In this document: positions 55,260 through 64,000 of the stretch, one piece after another
Layout: each line of letters opens with the position of its first letter
Position numbering within the stretch: the stretch's first letter is position 1
Source of the DNA: a bacterium
GTDB taxonomy: Bacteria; Patescibacteriota; Doudnabacteria; UBA920; VMFF01
Length of the DNA stretch: 64,000 nucleotides
Direction of reading: 5' to 3'
Assembly: GCA_021811585.1 (NCBI GenBank)
Contig: JAJZOG010000005.1
Span: forward strand, 725-64,724
The notes under the pieces: model-generated
The model's database searches: none
Told to the model about the DNA's origin: nothing
Seen by the model: only the letters and a program-made list of their open reading frames with translations
Program-made: the position numbers and the translations under genes

Positions 55260-58163
55260 ATGCGCAAGATTTTATCCTTCGTAATTTTATGCGTTTTGGT
55301 GCGGGCTTTGTCTCTGGCTGCATTTATGCCAATAGCAAAAGCAGATACATCCGGTGCGACATCTTCACCTTCTCCACAGCCGGCCCCTGCTCCATGCCAT
55401 GCTATTTCAGCCCAAGGATATTTATATGATAATTATGAGAAAGCCGAATATATAAACGGCTACCTTGCCCTGCACTTAAAGTTAAAAGCGCCTTACAATG
55501 ACGGCCGCGTTGGCGGCAATGGTTTGGATTTATATGCGGCTGATTGCACTTTTGAGGTTTTTCCAAACCCAACTCCGGGAATTGCTTTCCGGCCGGGCAT
55601 GCAATATTTCAGCATTAGGTTTGATTCCCCAACGCACTATGATTATTGGGATGACGAGCAAGATATAAAAATGGATTGCCAGGCATGTTCCGTAACCATT
55701 CCGCCTGTTTCGCCGAGCGGCAAAATTTATACAACAGTGGGGTTTGAGGCATTTATTGATGGTTATGCGTCATTTTTGAATTCCGGTTCTTATTCAATCA
55801 CAGGCATTAGCCAAAATCGGAATCCTTTAATAATTATTCCTGGTATTCTGGGCAGCGTGTTTTCTTCTCCTGATCAGGTCTTGTGGCCAAACCTGGATAA
55901 AATGGTCTCAGATCCCGGCGATTCTTTCATGGATCCTTTGCAAATGGATTCAGCAGGCAGGCCAACCGACGGAACAATCCACGATACCGGCGTACTTTCG
56001 TCAATAAATTATGTTTTCGGGCAATTCCATTACAGCGATCAGCTGGAAAATTATTTACAGCAAAATGGTTATACTCTTGGACAAAATTTATTTTTATTTC
56101 ATTATGATTGGCGCCAGGATGCCAGCAGCATTGCAGATACCTTAAAAAATGAAATAGCAGAAGTTCTTCAGCAAACAGGGAGTTCTCAAGTTGATTTTAT
56201 CGCGCACAGTTACGGCGGCCTTGTTTTAAAACAATATCTGCTTTCGGCTCAGGATTCGCAAATCGGAAAAATAATTTTTGTTGCTGTTCCCAACCTGGGA
56301 AGCGCGGCAGCTGCCAAGGCGCTTATTTTTGGCGATAACTTGAATATTCCTTTGTTGAGTTCGGATGAAATCTTTAAGCTCGCCCAAAACATGCCCAGTA
56401 TTTATGACCTTTTGCCAACTCAAGAATATTTTAAGCACATCCCCGGATTTTACGATGATTTAAGCACCGCCAAAGTTAAAAATATTCTGGGATATGCCGA
56501 TACAAAGGCAATGTTTTTAAATTTGAATAAAAATAATGCGCTTATAAATGCGGCAGAAGCACTGCATATCAATTCGTTGGACAGCATGGATTTAAGTCAA
56601 AAGCCGTATAGTGTTTACAATATTGTCGGTTGCGGCACATTCACAGTTGAAACAATAAATAAAATGTATGCAGGCGAACCAAACTTGCTCGAGCGCGCCA
56701 TAGTAGGACCCAAATACAGGATAATGGCAGACAGCGGAGACGGCACTGTTCTTTTACAGAGCGCCGAACATTTGGGTTTGCCGCAGGGCCATTTGTATTT
56801 TGCATATAAAGCAAAACATGCGGAGATGTTGAGCAACCCCGATATTATTAATTTGATCGGCAGTTTGCTTTTGGGCGCGGGCGCTGCGCAATACGATTCT
56901 ACAAAGATTGGCACTGATGTTTCGGGGTGCTCATTGAGCGGCAAATTAATTTCTTTTTCCAGCGGACTTGAATTTACCGTACAAACAAGCTCGGGCAAGG
57001 TTTTAAATCCCGGGGATTACATAAGTACGACAGTTGGCCATGATACGCATGTTTTTATCCCCGATGATCATGCATATAAGGTAATCATTAAGCCCGAACA
57101 GCCAAAGCAGGCGGAAAATATTTCCCTCACGAGAATTAGCCAAAATCAAAATATGCAGGTAAATACGCAAATTGTAAATTATAAAAATGTGGTTGTGAAT
57201 CAGGATTTGCTTGTGGATTTGCCTGCTGCTGCAGGCAGTGGTGGCACTGATAATGGCGGTGTTGGAAGCGGTCTTACGGGCAATAGCGGGGATACTGTTG
57301 AGAACCAGGATTCCACTGGAGCCGAACAGGATGTGGCGCCTTCAGAGGTCTTGGATGATAATTTTCAACCGGTGCAAAGCGCGGTTTCAACGCAAATTTA
57401 TTCAGCCGCAGGGGCTGCTGCTGATAATGATAATATTTTAATGCTTGATCCGGGGAACGCTTACATTTATTTTAAGGCGCAGAGCTCGGCAGCGGATATT
57501 TTAGATACGCAATATTCATTGGACAGCGGACAGACCTGGAACGTTGTCGGCAGCGGAGAGCAGATGATTGCCATCCCCCTTAATGTTTCGCAGGTAGATT
57601 TTTATAGTGAAGACAAAGCCGGAAATATTGAAGACCAGAAAAACGTGGTAATAAAATGGCAGGCGCCTGCGCCGCCGCCCCAGCAGGCCTCACAGCCGTC
57701 CCTGCCGCAGGCGATAATTGTGCAGCCGCAAACGCCTTTGTTGCAAGGCGCAGGCGCCCTTTCTCCACAAAGTCAGCAGGATTCATCCTTTTCTCAGGCG
57801 GCCTCGCAGGATTATGGAGACCAGGTTTATTCCGGGCATGATTCGACCAGCCAGGATACGCAGAATGACACTGCTAATCAGGAAAACAACTCCGGTGATG
57901 TCCATGCGGATTCCAATGTAGATCCTTATGTGGATTCTTTGTCAGGCACGCCGCCAAATCTAAATATTAATTTGCAACTTCCCAGGCAGCCGCAGAATTC
58001 CGAGCCCAGAATCATATATATTATGCCGAGGGAAACAGACAAGAGTAATACAATGCATGCGCAGCCGCAAGTAAATGTGCGTGAACGCCCTGCAAATTAC
58101 TGGGGCTTTATAAAGAAAATTTATGATTTTCTCAGGTTTTCCACGGATTTAATGTTTTTTTAA
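55260..58163 (+). CDS. Large secreted/surface alpha/beta-hydrolase (lipase/esterase-like, PGAP1/LCAT-type) with a long beta-rich C-terminal region and a Gln/Ser/Pro-rich tail
   Basis: Signal peptide MRKILSFVILCVLVRALSLAAFMPIAKA. Lipase box ...PLIIIPGILGS... and nucleophile elbow IAHSYGGLV (GxSxG). 967 aa. Confidence 0.7.
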   Translation: MRKILSFVILCVLVRALSLAAFMPIAKADTSGATSSPSPQPAPAPCHAISAQGYLYDNYEKAEYINGYLALHLKLKAPYNDGRVGGNGLDLYAADCTFEVFPNPTPGIAFRPGMQYFSIRFDSPTHYDYWDDEQDIKMDCQACSVTIPPVSPSGKIYTTVGFEAFIDGYASFLNSGSYSITGISQNRNPLIIIPGILGSVFSSPDQVLWPNLDKMVSDPGDSFMDPLQMDSAGRPTDGTIHDTGVLSSINYVFGQFHYSDQLENYLQQNGYTLGQNLFLFHYDWRQDASSIADTLKNEIAEVLQQTGSSQVDFIAHSYGGLVLKQYLLSAQDSQIGKIIFVAVPNLGSAAAAKALIFGDNLNIPLLSSDEIFKLAQNMPSIYDLLPTQEYFKHIPGFYDDLSTAKVKNILGYADTKAMFLNLNKNNALINAAEALHINSLDSMDLSQKPYSVYNIVGCGTFTVETINKMYAGEPNLLERAIVGPKYRIMADSGDGTVLLQSAEHLGLPQGHLYFAYKAKHAEMLSNPDIINLIGSLLLGAGAAQYDSTKIGTDVSGCSLSGKLISFSSGLEFTVQTSSGKVLNPGDYISTTVGHDTHVFIPDDHAYKVIIKPEQPKQAENISLTRISQNQNMQVNTQIVNYKNVVVNQDLLVDLPAAAGSGGTDNGGVGSGLTGNSGDTVENQDSTGAEQDVAPSEVLDDNFQPVQSAVSTQIYSAAGAAADNDNILMLDPGNAYIYFKAQSSAADILDTQYSLDSGQTWNVVGSGEQMIAIPLNVSQVDFYSEDKAGNIEDQKNVVIKWQAPAPPPQQASQPSLPQAIIVQPQTPLLQGAGALSPQSQQDSSFSQAASQDYGDQVYSGHDSTSQDTQNDTANQENNSGDVHADSNVDPYVDSLSGTPPNLNINLQLPRQPQNSEPRIIYIMPRETDKSNTMHAQPQVNVRERPANYWGFIKKIYDFLRFSTDLMFF

Positions 58164-58210
58164 TGATTTTCTAATATACTATATTAAAAGAACATTAATA
58201 GGGGAGATAC

Positions 58211-59050
58211 ATGAGGTATGCAAATACATTGCCTACCAAATTGGCATTGTTTGACCTGCCAATCATAAAATATGGTCAGCACAAGCAATCGTTCAGCCAC
58301 AAAATATTTAAGCACCTGCTTATTCTGGATACCCTTGAGGATGACGATTGCACAAAGGTCGTGGAGGAAGCAGTATATGAGCTTGGCCGCGAGGACATCT
58401 CTTTTGAAGAACCGTTCCTGCAGTCGTTCGGCCACTATTTGGGAATTTCCAAATATCTGGCGCGATGGAGAAAAATGCGGCAAGACCACAATCATTACAT
58501 TCAGCATGAGATTAGGCGCCGCAATTCGGAAAATCCGTATTATAATCCAACACCCGACAATTTTAAGTCCTGGGATATGCTGCCGGATTTTTCCAGGCAA
58601 AAATTAAATCAGCCATGGCAGTTTGACGCTCTTTTTAAAGAAATCCAAAGGATCAGCGGCGGAGTTTTTGAGCTCGCAAAAGCATATGAGAACCAAAAAG
58701 ACAAAGATGTTTTCAGGATTAAGGTCAACGGCATGCTGGCTCCGGCAAAAATTATTTTTGCCCTGGACAGCGCGGAGAATGTTTATAATTTTACCGAGCA
58801 CGAATTAAGCATTGTAAACATAAAATTGGGCCTTGATGCTTATAAAGCCGCATACATATTTATTCAGAGAGTTATGGAATCATTGCATAAGCTCAGTTGG
58901 GCCGGCAAAAGCCCCATGGCAAAAGCCGCGGAAGAATGGATTGCCTCTGCAGCGGATTTTTCCGAAAAGCTTAAAAGGCGAATTGAGGAAATGGAGCGGA
59001 GGTTCATGCTTTTCCTGGAATATGATTCTGATGAATATGTTGAATCCTGA
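58211..59050 (+). CDS. Hypothetical cytoplasmic protein; 3' end embedded in a 21-nt tandem repeat
   Basis: 279 aa, no recognisable motif. Imperfect 21-nt tandem copies at 59029-59094. Confidence 0.5.
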   Translation: MRYANTLPTKLALFDLPIIKYGQHKQSFSHKIFKHLLILDTLEDDDCTKVVEEAVYELGREDISFEEPFLQSFGHYLGISKYLARWRKMRQDHNHYIQHEIRRRNSENPYYNPTPDNFKSWDMLPDFSRQKLNQPWQFDALFKEIQRISGGVFELAKAYENQKDKDVFRIKVNGMLAPAKIIFALDSAENVYNFTEHELSIVNIKLGLDAYKAAYIFIQRVMESLHKLSWAGKSPMAKAAEEWIASAADFSEKLKRRIEEMERRFMLFLEYDSDEYVES

Positions 59051-59209
59051 AATGAACATCCTGAATTCCGAGATGAACATATTGAATCCCGAATAGGGGG
59101 TGATTTACAAAAGCCGTTGTTTAGTGTATACTCTTTATGCATCACCCTTAAGTTTTATTTTTGTTAGGATTTATATAAGGGTGCGAGTAGATCCTAAGAA
59201 AGGCCAATA

Positions 59210-59530
59210 ATGGCAAGATTGTTCGTAGGTGACCTCCCTTGGGCCACCACCAATGAAGAGCTTTCAGAGCTTTTCAGTAAAGCAGGTCAGGTTATGTCCG
59301 CAACCATAGTTCAGGACAAAATGACAGGTAAAAGCAGGGGATTTGGTTTTGTGGAAATGTCCGACGGGGATGCTTCCAAAGCAATTGAAATGCTAAACGG
59401 CCAGGAATATGGCGGAAGGAAATTGGTTGTCAATGAAGCAAAACCAAGAGAAGACCGCCCGCGCAGATCATTCGGAGGCGGCCGCGGAGGTTATGACAGA
59501 GGTCATGGCCGCAGCGATTATAACGATTAA
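59210..59530 (+). CDS. RRM-type RNA-binding protein with a Gly/Arg-rich C-terminal tail
   Basis: RNP2 LFVGDL and RNP1 RGFGFVEM. C-terminus RRSFGGGRGGYDRGHGR. Confidence 0.85.
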   Translation: MARLFVGDLPWATTNEELSELFSKAGQVMSATIVQDKMTGKSRGFGFVEMSDGDASKAIEMLNGQEYGGRKLVVNEAKPREDRPRRSFGGGRGGYDRGHGRSDYND

Positions 59531-59541
59531 TTCACTTTTTC

Positions 59542-59574
59542 GTTAGATTGGAAAACCATCAACCTTTTGGCTGA
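59542..59574 (+). terminator. Rho-independent terminator after the RRM protein gene
   Basis: AAAACCATCA-N11-TGATGGTTTT with TTTTTTT. Confidence 0.7.
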
Positions 59575-59689
59575 TGGTTTTTTTATTATTTAATTTTTGA
59601 TTGGCCGCATTTTTGCGCGGATTTGGATTTTGCCTTAATATATAAGAAAGTGAACGAACGTTCCATCATATTAAGCCGCGCTTAAAAAT

Positions 59690-60943
59690 ATGGGCCACAA
59701 AATTATTTTGCATATAGACATGAATTCTTATTTTGCTTCCTGCGAACAGCAGGCAAACCCTTTTTTGCGCGGCAAGCCGATCGGCGTTTGCGAGCATTTA
59801 GGCGGCATTATTATTGCGCCATCCATTGAAGCCAAGCGCTTGGGCATAAAAACAGGGACCCCTGTTTGGGATGCAAAAAAAATTTGTCCGAAAATAACAT
59901 TGCTTTACACTGATCCGGACAAATACAGGGATACAACAAGAAAATTTCTGGAAATTTTTTATGAATATACCGAAGCAGTGGAAAAGTACAGCATTGACGA
60001 GGCCTTTTTGGATATTACGGCAGATGTTCGCGCCTGCACGGATCCATGGGCCGGGGCAGAAGGCATTGCGCGCGAAATTAAGAAAAAAATAAGCAGGCGC
60101 GCAGGCGAGTGGATACGCTGTTCCGTTGGAATAGGCGAAAGCAAGCTCGTAGCGAAAATTGCAAGCGATCTGCAAAAGCCGGATGGCCTTGTGCTTGTGC
60201 GGCCTGAAGAAAAAAGCCGTTTGTACGATATTTTGAAACTCACGGATATTCCTGGAATTTCACACAGGACCCAAGAAGCGCTTAATGCTTTGGGAATTAA
60301 GAGCTTAAGGGATTTGCGCGATTTTCCGGTTTCAAAGCTCACGGCAAATTTCGGAGTGCGCGGACATCACCTGCATCAAATGGGCAATTTAAACGGAAGC
60401 TGGCATGAAGAATTCTCGGAAAGCGGCAGCGGGGAAGATGCCGCGAAATCCATGGGGCATGCTTACACTTTGGGCAAGGCCTGCACAGACGTGAAAACAG
60501 CCATGCAAGTCCTTTATAAACTTTCGGAGATGGTCGGCAGGCGCCTGCGCGCCGCGAATCTTTGCGGGAACATAATTTATTTTCATTGCAGCGATAGGAA
60601 TCACGTGCATTTCGGCAAACGCAAAACGCTTAATTTTCATACTGACAATGGCAGCGAGATTTTTAAAGAAGCCGCGGATTTGCTGGAATCGTGCCTGTTT
60701 CGGGAATTTAAGCTTATTGGCGTAACTGTTGCCGGTTTGGAAGAAGCGGCTGGCCAGCAATTTCTGTTTAAAAAAGATTCTGATAATAAAAAATTGGCTT
60801 CGGCGCTGGATAAGATAAACGATAAGTACGGCGATTTCACGATTTCACCGGCGCCTGTTCTTCAGGCAGGAAAATTAATAAGGGATTCCATTGGTTTTGG
60901 CAGGATGAAAGAATTTAAGGTAAACTTTAAAGCGAGAGGATAG
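59690..60943 (+). CDS. dinB: DNA polymerase IV (Y-family translesion polymerase)
   Basis: ILHIDMNSYFASCEQ..., ...SIDEAFLDIT..., ...SVGIGESKLVAKIASD... Confidence 0.9.
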   Translation: MGHKIILHIDMNSYFASCEQQANPFLRGKPIGVCEHLGGIIIAPSIEAKRLGIKTGTPVWDAKKICPKITLLYTDPDKYRDTTRKFLEIFYEYTEAVEKYSIDEAFLDITADVRACTDPWAGAEGIAREIKKKISRRAGEWIRCSVGIGESKLVAKIASDLQKPDGLVLVRPEEKSRLYDILKLTDIPGISHRTQEALNALGIKSLRDLRDFPVSKLTANFGVRGHHLHQMGNLNGSWHEEFSESGSGEDAAKSMGHAYTLGKACTDVKTAMQVLYKLSEMVGRRLRAANLCGNIIYFHCSDRNHVHFGKRKTLNFHTDNGSEIFKEAADLLESCLFREFKLIGVTVAGLEEAAGQQFLFKKDSDNKKLASALDKINDKYGDFTISPAPVLQAGKLIRDSIGFGRMKEFKVNFKARG

Positions 60944-60956
60944 AGCGGAAAAATTT

Positions 60957-61430
60957 ATGCGAGATGAAAAAAGATTTTACGTCATCTGCCAAAACATCAG
61001 AAGCTTGTTTAATGTCGGTTCCATTTTCCGGACAGCGGACGCTTTTGGAGTTGATAAAATTTATCTTACGGGCATAACCGGCATGCCGCCACGCGCGGAA
61101 ATTTCCAAAGTCGCCCTGGGTGCGGAAAATTTTGTCCCTTGGGAATATGTTCGCCAGCCCGCACGGCTTGTGCGCCGCCTTAAAAGCGAGGGCGTCCATA
61201 TTATTGCTTTGGAACAATCCAAAGCCAAAACCGTTTTCTTAAATCAATTTAAGCCGAGATTCCCGCTGGCGCTGATACTCGGCTATGAACCAACGGGATT
61301 GCCAAAGGGCCTGCTAAAATTATCGGACACGATTGTAGAAATAAAAATGTACGGCAAAAAGGAAAGTTTGAATGTGGGCGTGGCCTTTGGGATTGCAGCC
61401 AAGCACATCAGCGATTTCCGAAGGGTGTAA
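60957..61430 (+). CDS. SpoU/TrmH-family RNA 2'-O-methyltransferase (TrmL-like, 157 aa)
   Basis: ...NVGSIFRTADAFGVDKIYLTG... SPOUT knot motifs. Length fits the TrmL class. Confidence 0.75.
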   Translation: MRDEKRFYVICQNIRSLFNVGSIFRTADAFGVDKIYLTGITGMPPRAEISKVALGAENFVPWEYVRQPARLVRRLKSEGVHIIALEQSKAKTVFLNQFKPRFPLALILGYEPTGLPKGLLKLSDTIVEIKMYGKKESLNVGVAFGIAAKHISDFRRV

Positions 61431-61530
61431 CAGTTTGGCACATATTTGCTTTTCTTTTGAAACATAGATGAAAAAGAGTGGATAACATTCCGGATTATAC
61501 AAAAAGGCCGGGGTTCTCTGAAAAAGTTAA

Positions 61531-61554
61531 AAATCGCTTGCGAAAGCGATTTTT
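61531..61554 (+). terminator. Rho-independent terminator upstream of the dcw cluster
   Basis: AATCGCTT-gcga-AAGCGATT followed by TTTTTT. Confidence 0.65.
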
Positions 61555-61616
61555 TATTTGTTTTGCAGATATAGGCGCCTATTTTTCATACCAGATATTG
61601 TGGTGAAACAGACATT

Positions 61617-61646
61617 TTGACCCTATGGCAGTTTGTGGGGTATAAT
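61617..61646 (+). promoter_or_regulatory. Putative sigma70-like promoter of mraZ/dcw operon, TTGACC-N18-TATAAT
   Basis: TTGACC (61617-61622) and TATAAT (61641-61646), about 50 nt upstream of the mraZ start. Confidence 0.45.
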
Positions 61647-61696
61647 GTAAATGTAGTGGTGAAAAGTGGTTAAAAATGGGGATAAGTGGAAAACTA

Positions 61697-62128
61697 ATGT
61701 TTATTGGCGAATACACTGTTAGCATCGATGAAAAAGGCAGGATTGCTATCCCTGCCAAATTTCGCCATGAACTTAAAGGCAGGGTAGTGGTGACCCGCGG
61801 CCTGGATAACTCTCTGTTTTTATATTCACTGGGCGAATGGCAAAAGCTTGCCGAAAAGCTTTCGGCGCTTCCGATTTCAAAAGCAAACACCCGTGCGTTT
61901 TCGCGGCTCATGCTTGCAGGCGCAATGGATTGCGAATTGGACAAGGCCGGAAGAATAATTTTGCCGGATTATTTACGCTCTTTTGCGGCCCTTACCAAGC
62001 ACGCCGTAATTGCCGGATTGTATAATCGGCTGGAAATTTGGTCAGAGGCGGCTTGGAAAAAATACAAGCAGAGCACTGAAAAGGATAGCTCCCAAATTGC
62101 CGAACAGCTCGGCGAGATAGGCGTTTAA
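61697..62128 (+). CDS. mraZ: Transcriptional regulator MraZ
   Basis: MFIGEYTVSIDEKGRIAIPAKFR..., second repeat ...DKAGRIILPDYLR.... Start placed at ATG 61697 by analogy to the MF.G....D.KGR N-terminus; 61676 is also possible. Confidence 0.85.
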   Translation: MFIGEYTVSIDEKGRIAIPAKFRHELKGRVVVTRGLDNSLFLYSLGEWQKLAEKLSALPISKANTRAFSRLMLAGAMDCELDKAGRIILPDYLRSFAALTKHAVIAGLYNRLEIWSEAAWKKYKQSTEKDSSQIAEQLGEIGV

Positions 62129-62140
62129 GGCAGCGCCAGC

Positions 62141-63142
62141 ATGGAATTTCACACGCCTGTTCTTTTAAAAGAGGTTTTGGAATATTTTGCACCCGCACCC
62201 GGGGAGGTTTTCGTGGATTGCACTTTGGGCGGGGCAGGGCACGCCCTGCCTGTTGCCAAAAAGATTGCGGTTGGATGGCCTAACAAGCGCGGCGCTTTGG
62301 TTGGCATTGATTTGGACGGTGAAAGTTTAAAAACCGCAAAAGACGTTTTCGATATCGCGCGAAGCGAAGGGGAGCTTCCCGAAGATTTTCCGGTGCATTT
62401 GGTGCGGGATAATTACAAGAATATTGCCAAAATTTTGCGCGAACTTGGGATTTCACGGCCAAACGGAATTTTGGCGGACATAGGACTTTCGAGTTTTGAT
62501 TTGAATTTATCAGGAAGGGGATTTTCTTTTCAAAAAGACGAGCCCCTGGACATGCGTTTTAATGGCGACGGCCTCGATGACGGCGCCAAGCGCGGCAGGA
62601 AAATTTTTAATGCCCAATTTATTTTGGAAACTTATACAGAAAAAGAATTGGCGGAAATTTTCAGCCGGTATGGAGAAGAAAATTTTTCCCCGCAAATTGC
62701 CAGAGCAATATTAAAATTCAGGCAAACGGGAAAAATAGAAAGCACAAAACAGTTCTTTTCGATTATTGAATCAGCTTTGCCGCCGCGCGCACGATTCCGC
62801 GCCGCTGACAGCGCCCGCAGGATTTTCCAGGCCTTGCGCATCGAGGTCAATGGGGAACTTGAAAATTTGAAAGCATTTTTGCCCCAGGCGTTTGCCGCGT
62901 TAAGTCCGGGCGGCCGGCTGGGAGTAATAAGCTTCCATTCCCTTGAAGACAGAATGGTTAAAGAATTTTTCAGAGAAAAGGCAAAAGGATGCATCTACCC
63001 TCCGGATTTTCCAAAATGCGCCTGCGGAAGAAACCCGGAAGGTAAAATTTTGACAAAAAAACCGCTTGTACCAAGTGCGGAAGAAATAGAAAGCAATCCG
63101 CGCAGCAGGCCCTCCAAATTAAGGATCATTCAAAAAATTTAA
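62141..63142 (+). CDS. rsmH: 16S rRNA (cytosine1402-N4)-methyltransferase RsmH
   Basis: MEFHTPVLLKEVLEYFAPAPGEVFVDCTLGGAGHA. Confidence 0.9.
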   Translation: MEFHTPVLLKEVLEYFAPAPGEVFVDCTLGGAGHALPVAKKIAVGWPNKRGALVGIDLDGESLKTAKDVFDIARSEGELPEDFPVHLVRDNYKNIAKILRELGISRPNGILADIGLSSFDLNLSGRGFSFQKDEPLDMRFNGDGLDDGAKRGRKIFNAQFILETYTEKELAEIFSRYGEENFSPQIARAILKFRQTGKIESTKQFFSIIESALPPRARFRAADSARRIFQALRIEVNGELENLKAFLPQAFAALSPGGRLGVISFHSLEDRMVKEFFREKAKGCIYPPDFPKCACGRNPEGKILTKKPLVPSAEEIESNPRSRPSKLRIIQKI

Positions 63143-63185
63143 AATAATTTCGCGGGCAAGCCCGAGATCAAAAAAAACAAAAAAT

Positions 63186-63548
63186 ATGGGAAAACATTTT
63201 GCTTTAGCTCTACAAGTGCCGCTCTATAAAACCGAACAGAAAAAAAAGAAAACACCCGCGCGGCGCGGCCTTAAGACGTCTCACATTGGCTTTGCTTTAT
63301 TTTTTGCCTGCTGCGCGTTGGTTTTGGCATATTTAATACAAGTAAACGGCATTTCTACAAAGGGATATGAGATTGGCAATTTGCAGGGCAAAATAGGGGA
63401 TTTGCAGACAAGTTATCAAAATTTGGAAGTTAAAGCCGCGCAATTGCAATCCATTCAGCGCCTGCAATCAGATCCTGAAATTGCGGCAATGGTGCCGGTA
63501 ACTTCCATCACTTACATCCAGGAAGATCCGATTTTAACCCAAAGATAA
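63186..63548 (+). CDS. Small bitopic protein in the FtsL position (putative FtsL-like division protein)
   Basis: One TM (IGFALFFACCALVLAYLIQV) followed by a coiled coil. Lies between rsmH and ftsI. Confidence 0.5.
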   Translation: MGKHFALALQVPLYKTEQKKKKTPARRGLKTSHIGFALFFACCALVLAYLIQVNGISTKGYEIGNLQGKIGDLQTSYQNLEVKAAQLQSIQRLQSDPEIAAMVPVTSITYIQEDPILTQR

Positions 63549-63559
63549 ACATCCAACAG

Positions 63560-64000
63560 ATGAGCCCGAAAGACCAGAACAAATCCTTCCAAAACAGGAT
63601 TTTAGCATTTCAAATATTTTTGCTCTTGTTTATAGCCCTGATTATTCTGCGGCTATTTATTATTTCAGTTGCCCAGCATCCTTATTACCAAGCGCTGGCC
63701 GAAGGCCAGCACAGTTTTTTTGAAAAGCTGGTCCCCAAACGCGGGGAAATTTTTATAACCGATAAATATTCTTCGCAACCGTACGTAGTGGCAGGTAATC
63801 TTGAGGAGAATATGGTTTATGCCGTGCCAAAGGAAGTGCAAGATCCTGCCGGCACTGCGGCGCGCCTGGCGCAAATTTTAAATTTGGATGAGGGTACGCT
63901 GCAACAAAAACTTTCAGACCAAAGCAAGTGGTATGAGCCCATAATGCACCAGCTTACAGACAGTCAGTCCTCGCAGATCCAGCAGGCAAAGCTCGCTGGG
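63560..64000 (+). CDS. ftsI: Penicillin-binding protein FtsI/PBP3-like, N-terminal 147 codons (3' end outside the window)
   Basis: The frame is open to the window end: MSPKDQNKSFQNRILAFQIFLLLFIALIILRLF (TM)...KRGEIFITDKYSSQPYVV (PBP dimerisation-domain motif R-G-x-I-x-D). Confidence 0.75.
   Translation, partial: MSPKDQNKSFQNRILAFQIFLLLFIALIILRLFIISVAQHPYYQALAEGQHSFFEKLVPKRGEIFITDKYSSQPYVVAGNLEENMVYAVPKEVQDPAGTAARLAQILNLDEGTLQQKLSDQSKWYEPIMHQLTDSQSSQIQQAKLAG

Noticed and set aside
1-64000. CRISPR array or cas genes
   Set aside because: The only repeated short units are the heptamer arrays and the 13-mer arrays. They lack a constant 25-40 nt direct repeat alternating with unique spacers, and no cas-like ORFs are present.
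1-64000. tRNA, rRNA or other classical RNA genes in the larger spacers (8325-8402, 29105-29231, 35348-35426, 40567-40643, 41124-41460, 59051-59209, 59531-59689, 61431-61675)
   Set aside because: I read these for cloverleaf-compatible acceptor and T-arm pairing (GTTC-like T-loop, CCA-proximal stems). I found only terminator hairpins and promoter-like elements. No convincing tRNA. A covariance-model scan would be needed to be definitive.

Overview
This 64 kb window is a gene-dense, mostly plus-strand housekeeping segment of a small bacterial genome. Low GC (about 45%), standard genetic code (TGA stops), short overlapping genes, no L30, tkt split in two, and a salvage/glycolysis-pentose-phosphate gene set suggest a Candidate Phyla Radiation / Patescibacteria-like organism; this lineage call is an inference. 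It contains four blocks. (1) The 3' part of the S10-spc ribosomal-protein cluster (rplB end through rplO) followed by secY, two tandem NMP-kinase genes and map. (2) A central-carbon block: pepF, htrA-like, ruvX, galT, tpiA, rpiB, rpe, split tkt, pfkB-family kinase, gap, pgk, gpmI, then recJ and rnhA. (3) A cell-shape and translation block: mreB, holB, frr, rseP, proS, a second mreB, mreCD, PBP2, folD, greA, lysS, serS. (4) An envelope-glycosylation block (two GT-C, one GT2, one WecA/MraY-family), then rplU, dnaB, recR, a roughly 970-aa secreted lipase-like protein, dinB and the start of the dcw cluster (mraZ, rsmH, ftsL-like, ftsI 5' end). I found no tRNA, rRNA or CRISPR array, and no recognisable phage or defence genes. 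The most unusual signal is a dispersed family of intergenic degenerate heptamer arrays (TAGTTGG/CCAACTA, 7-nt period) at nine loci (eight intergenic spacers and the recR 3' region), several of them inverted to give long hairpins around a GGCGATCC-like core. Six of the nine (arrays 1-4, 7 and 9) are inside or right after ribosomal and other normally compact operons. They coincide with an rpsH-rpsN order swap relative to the near-universal L5-S14-S8-L6 order. A second element between map and pepF is about 196 bp with 21-bp terminal inverted repeats and C4A2-like 13-mer arrays. Other oddities: a roughly 48-aa Gly/Ala/Asp low-complexity insertion in RpiB with a local GC spike, a uL24 with a C-terminal C4 zinc ribbon, a structured 340-nt greA-lysS spacer carrying a small Arg/Cys-rich ORF, and lysine-rich tails on several proteins.
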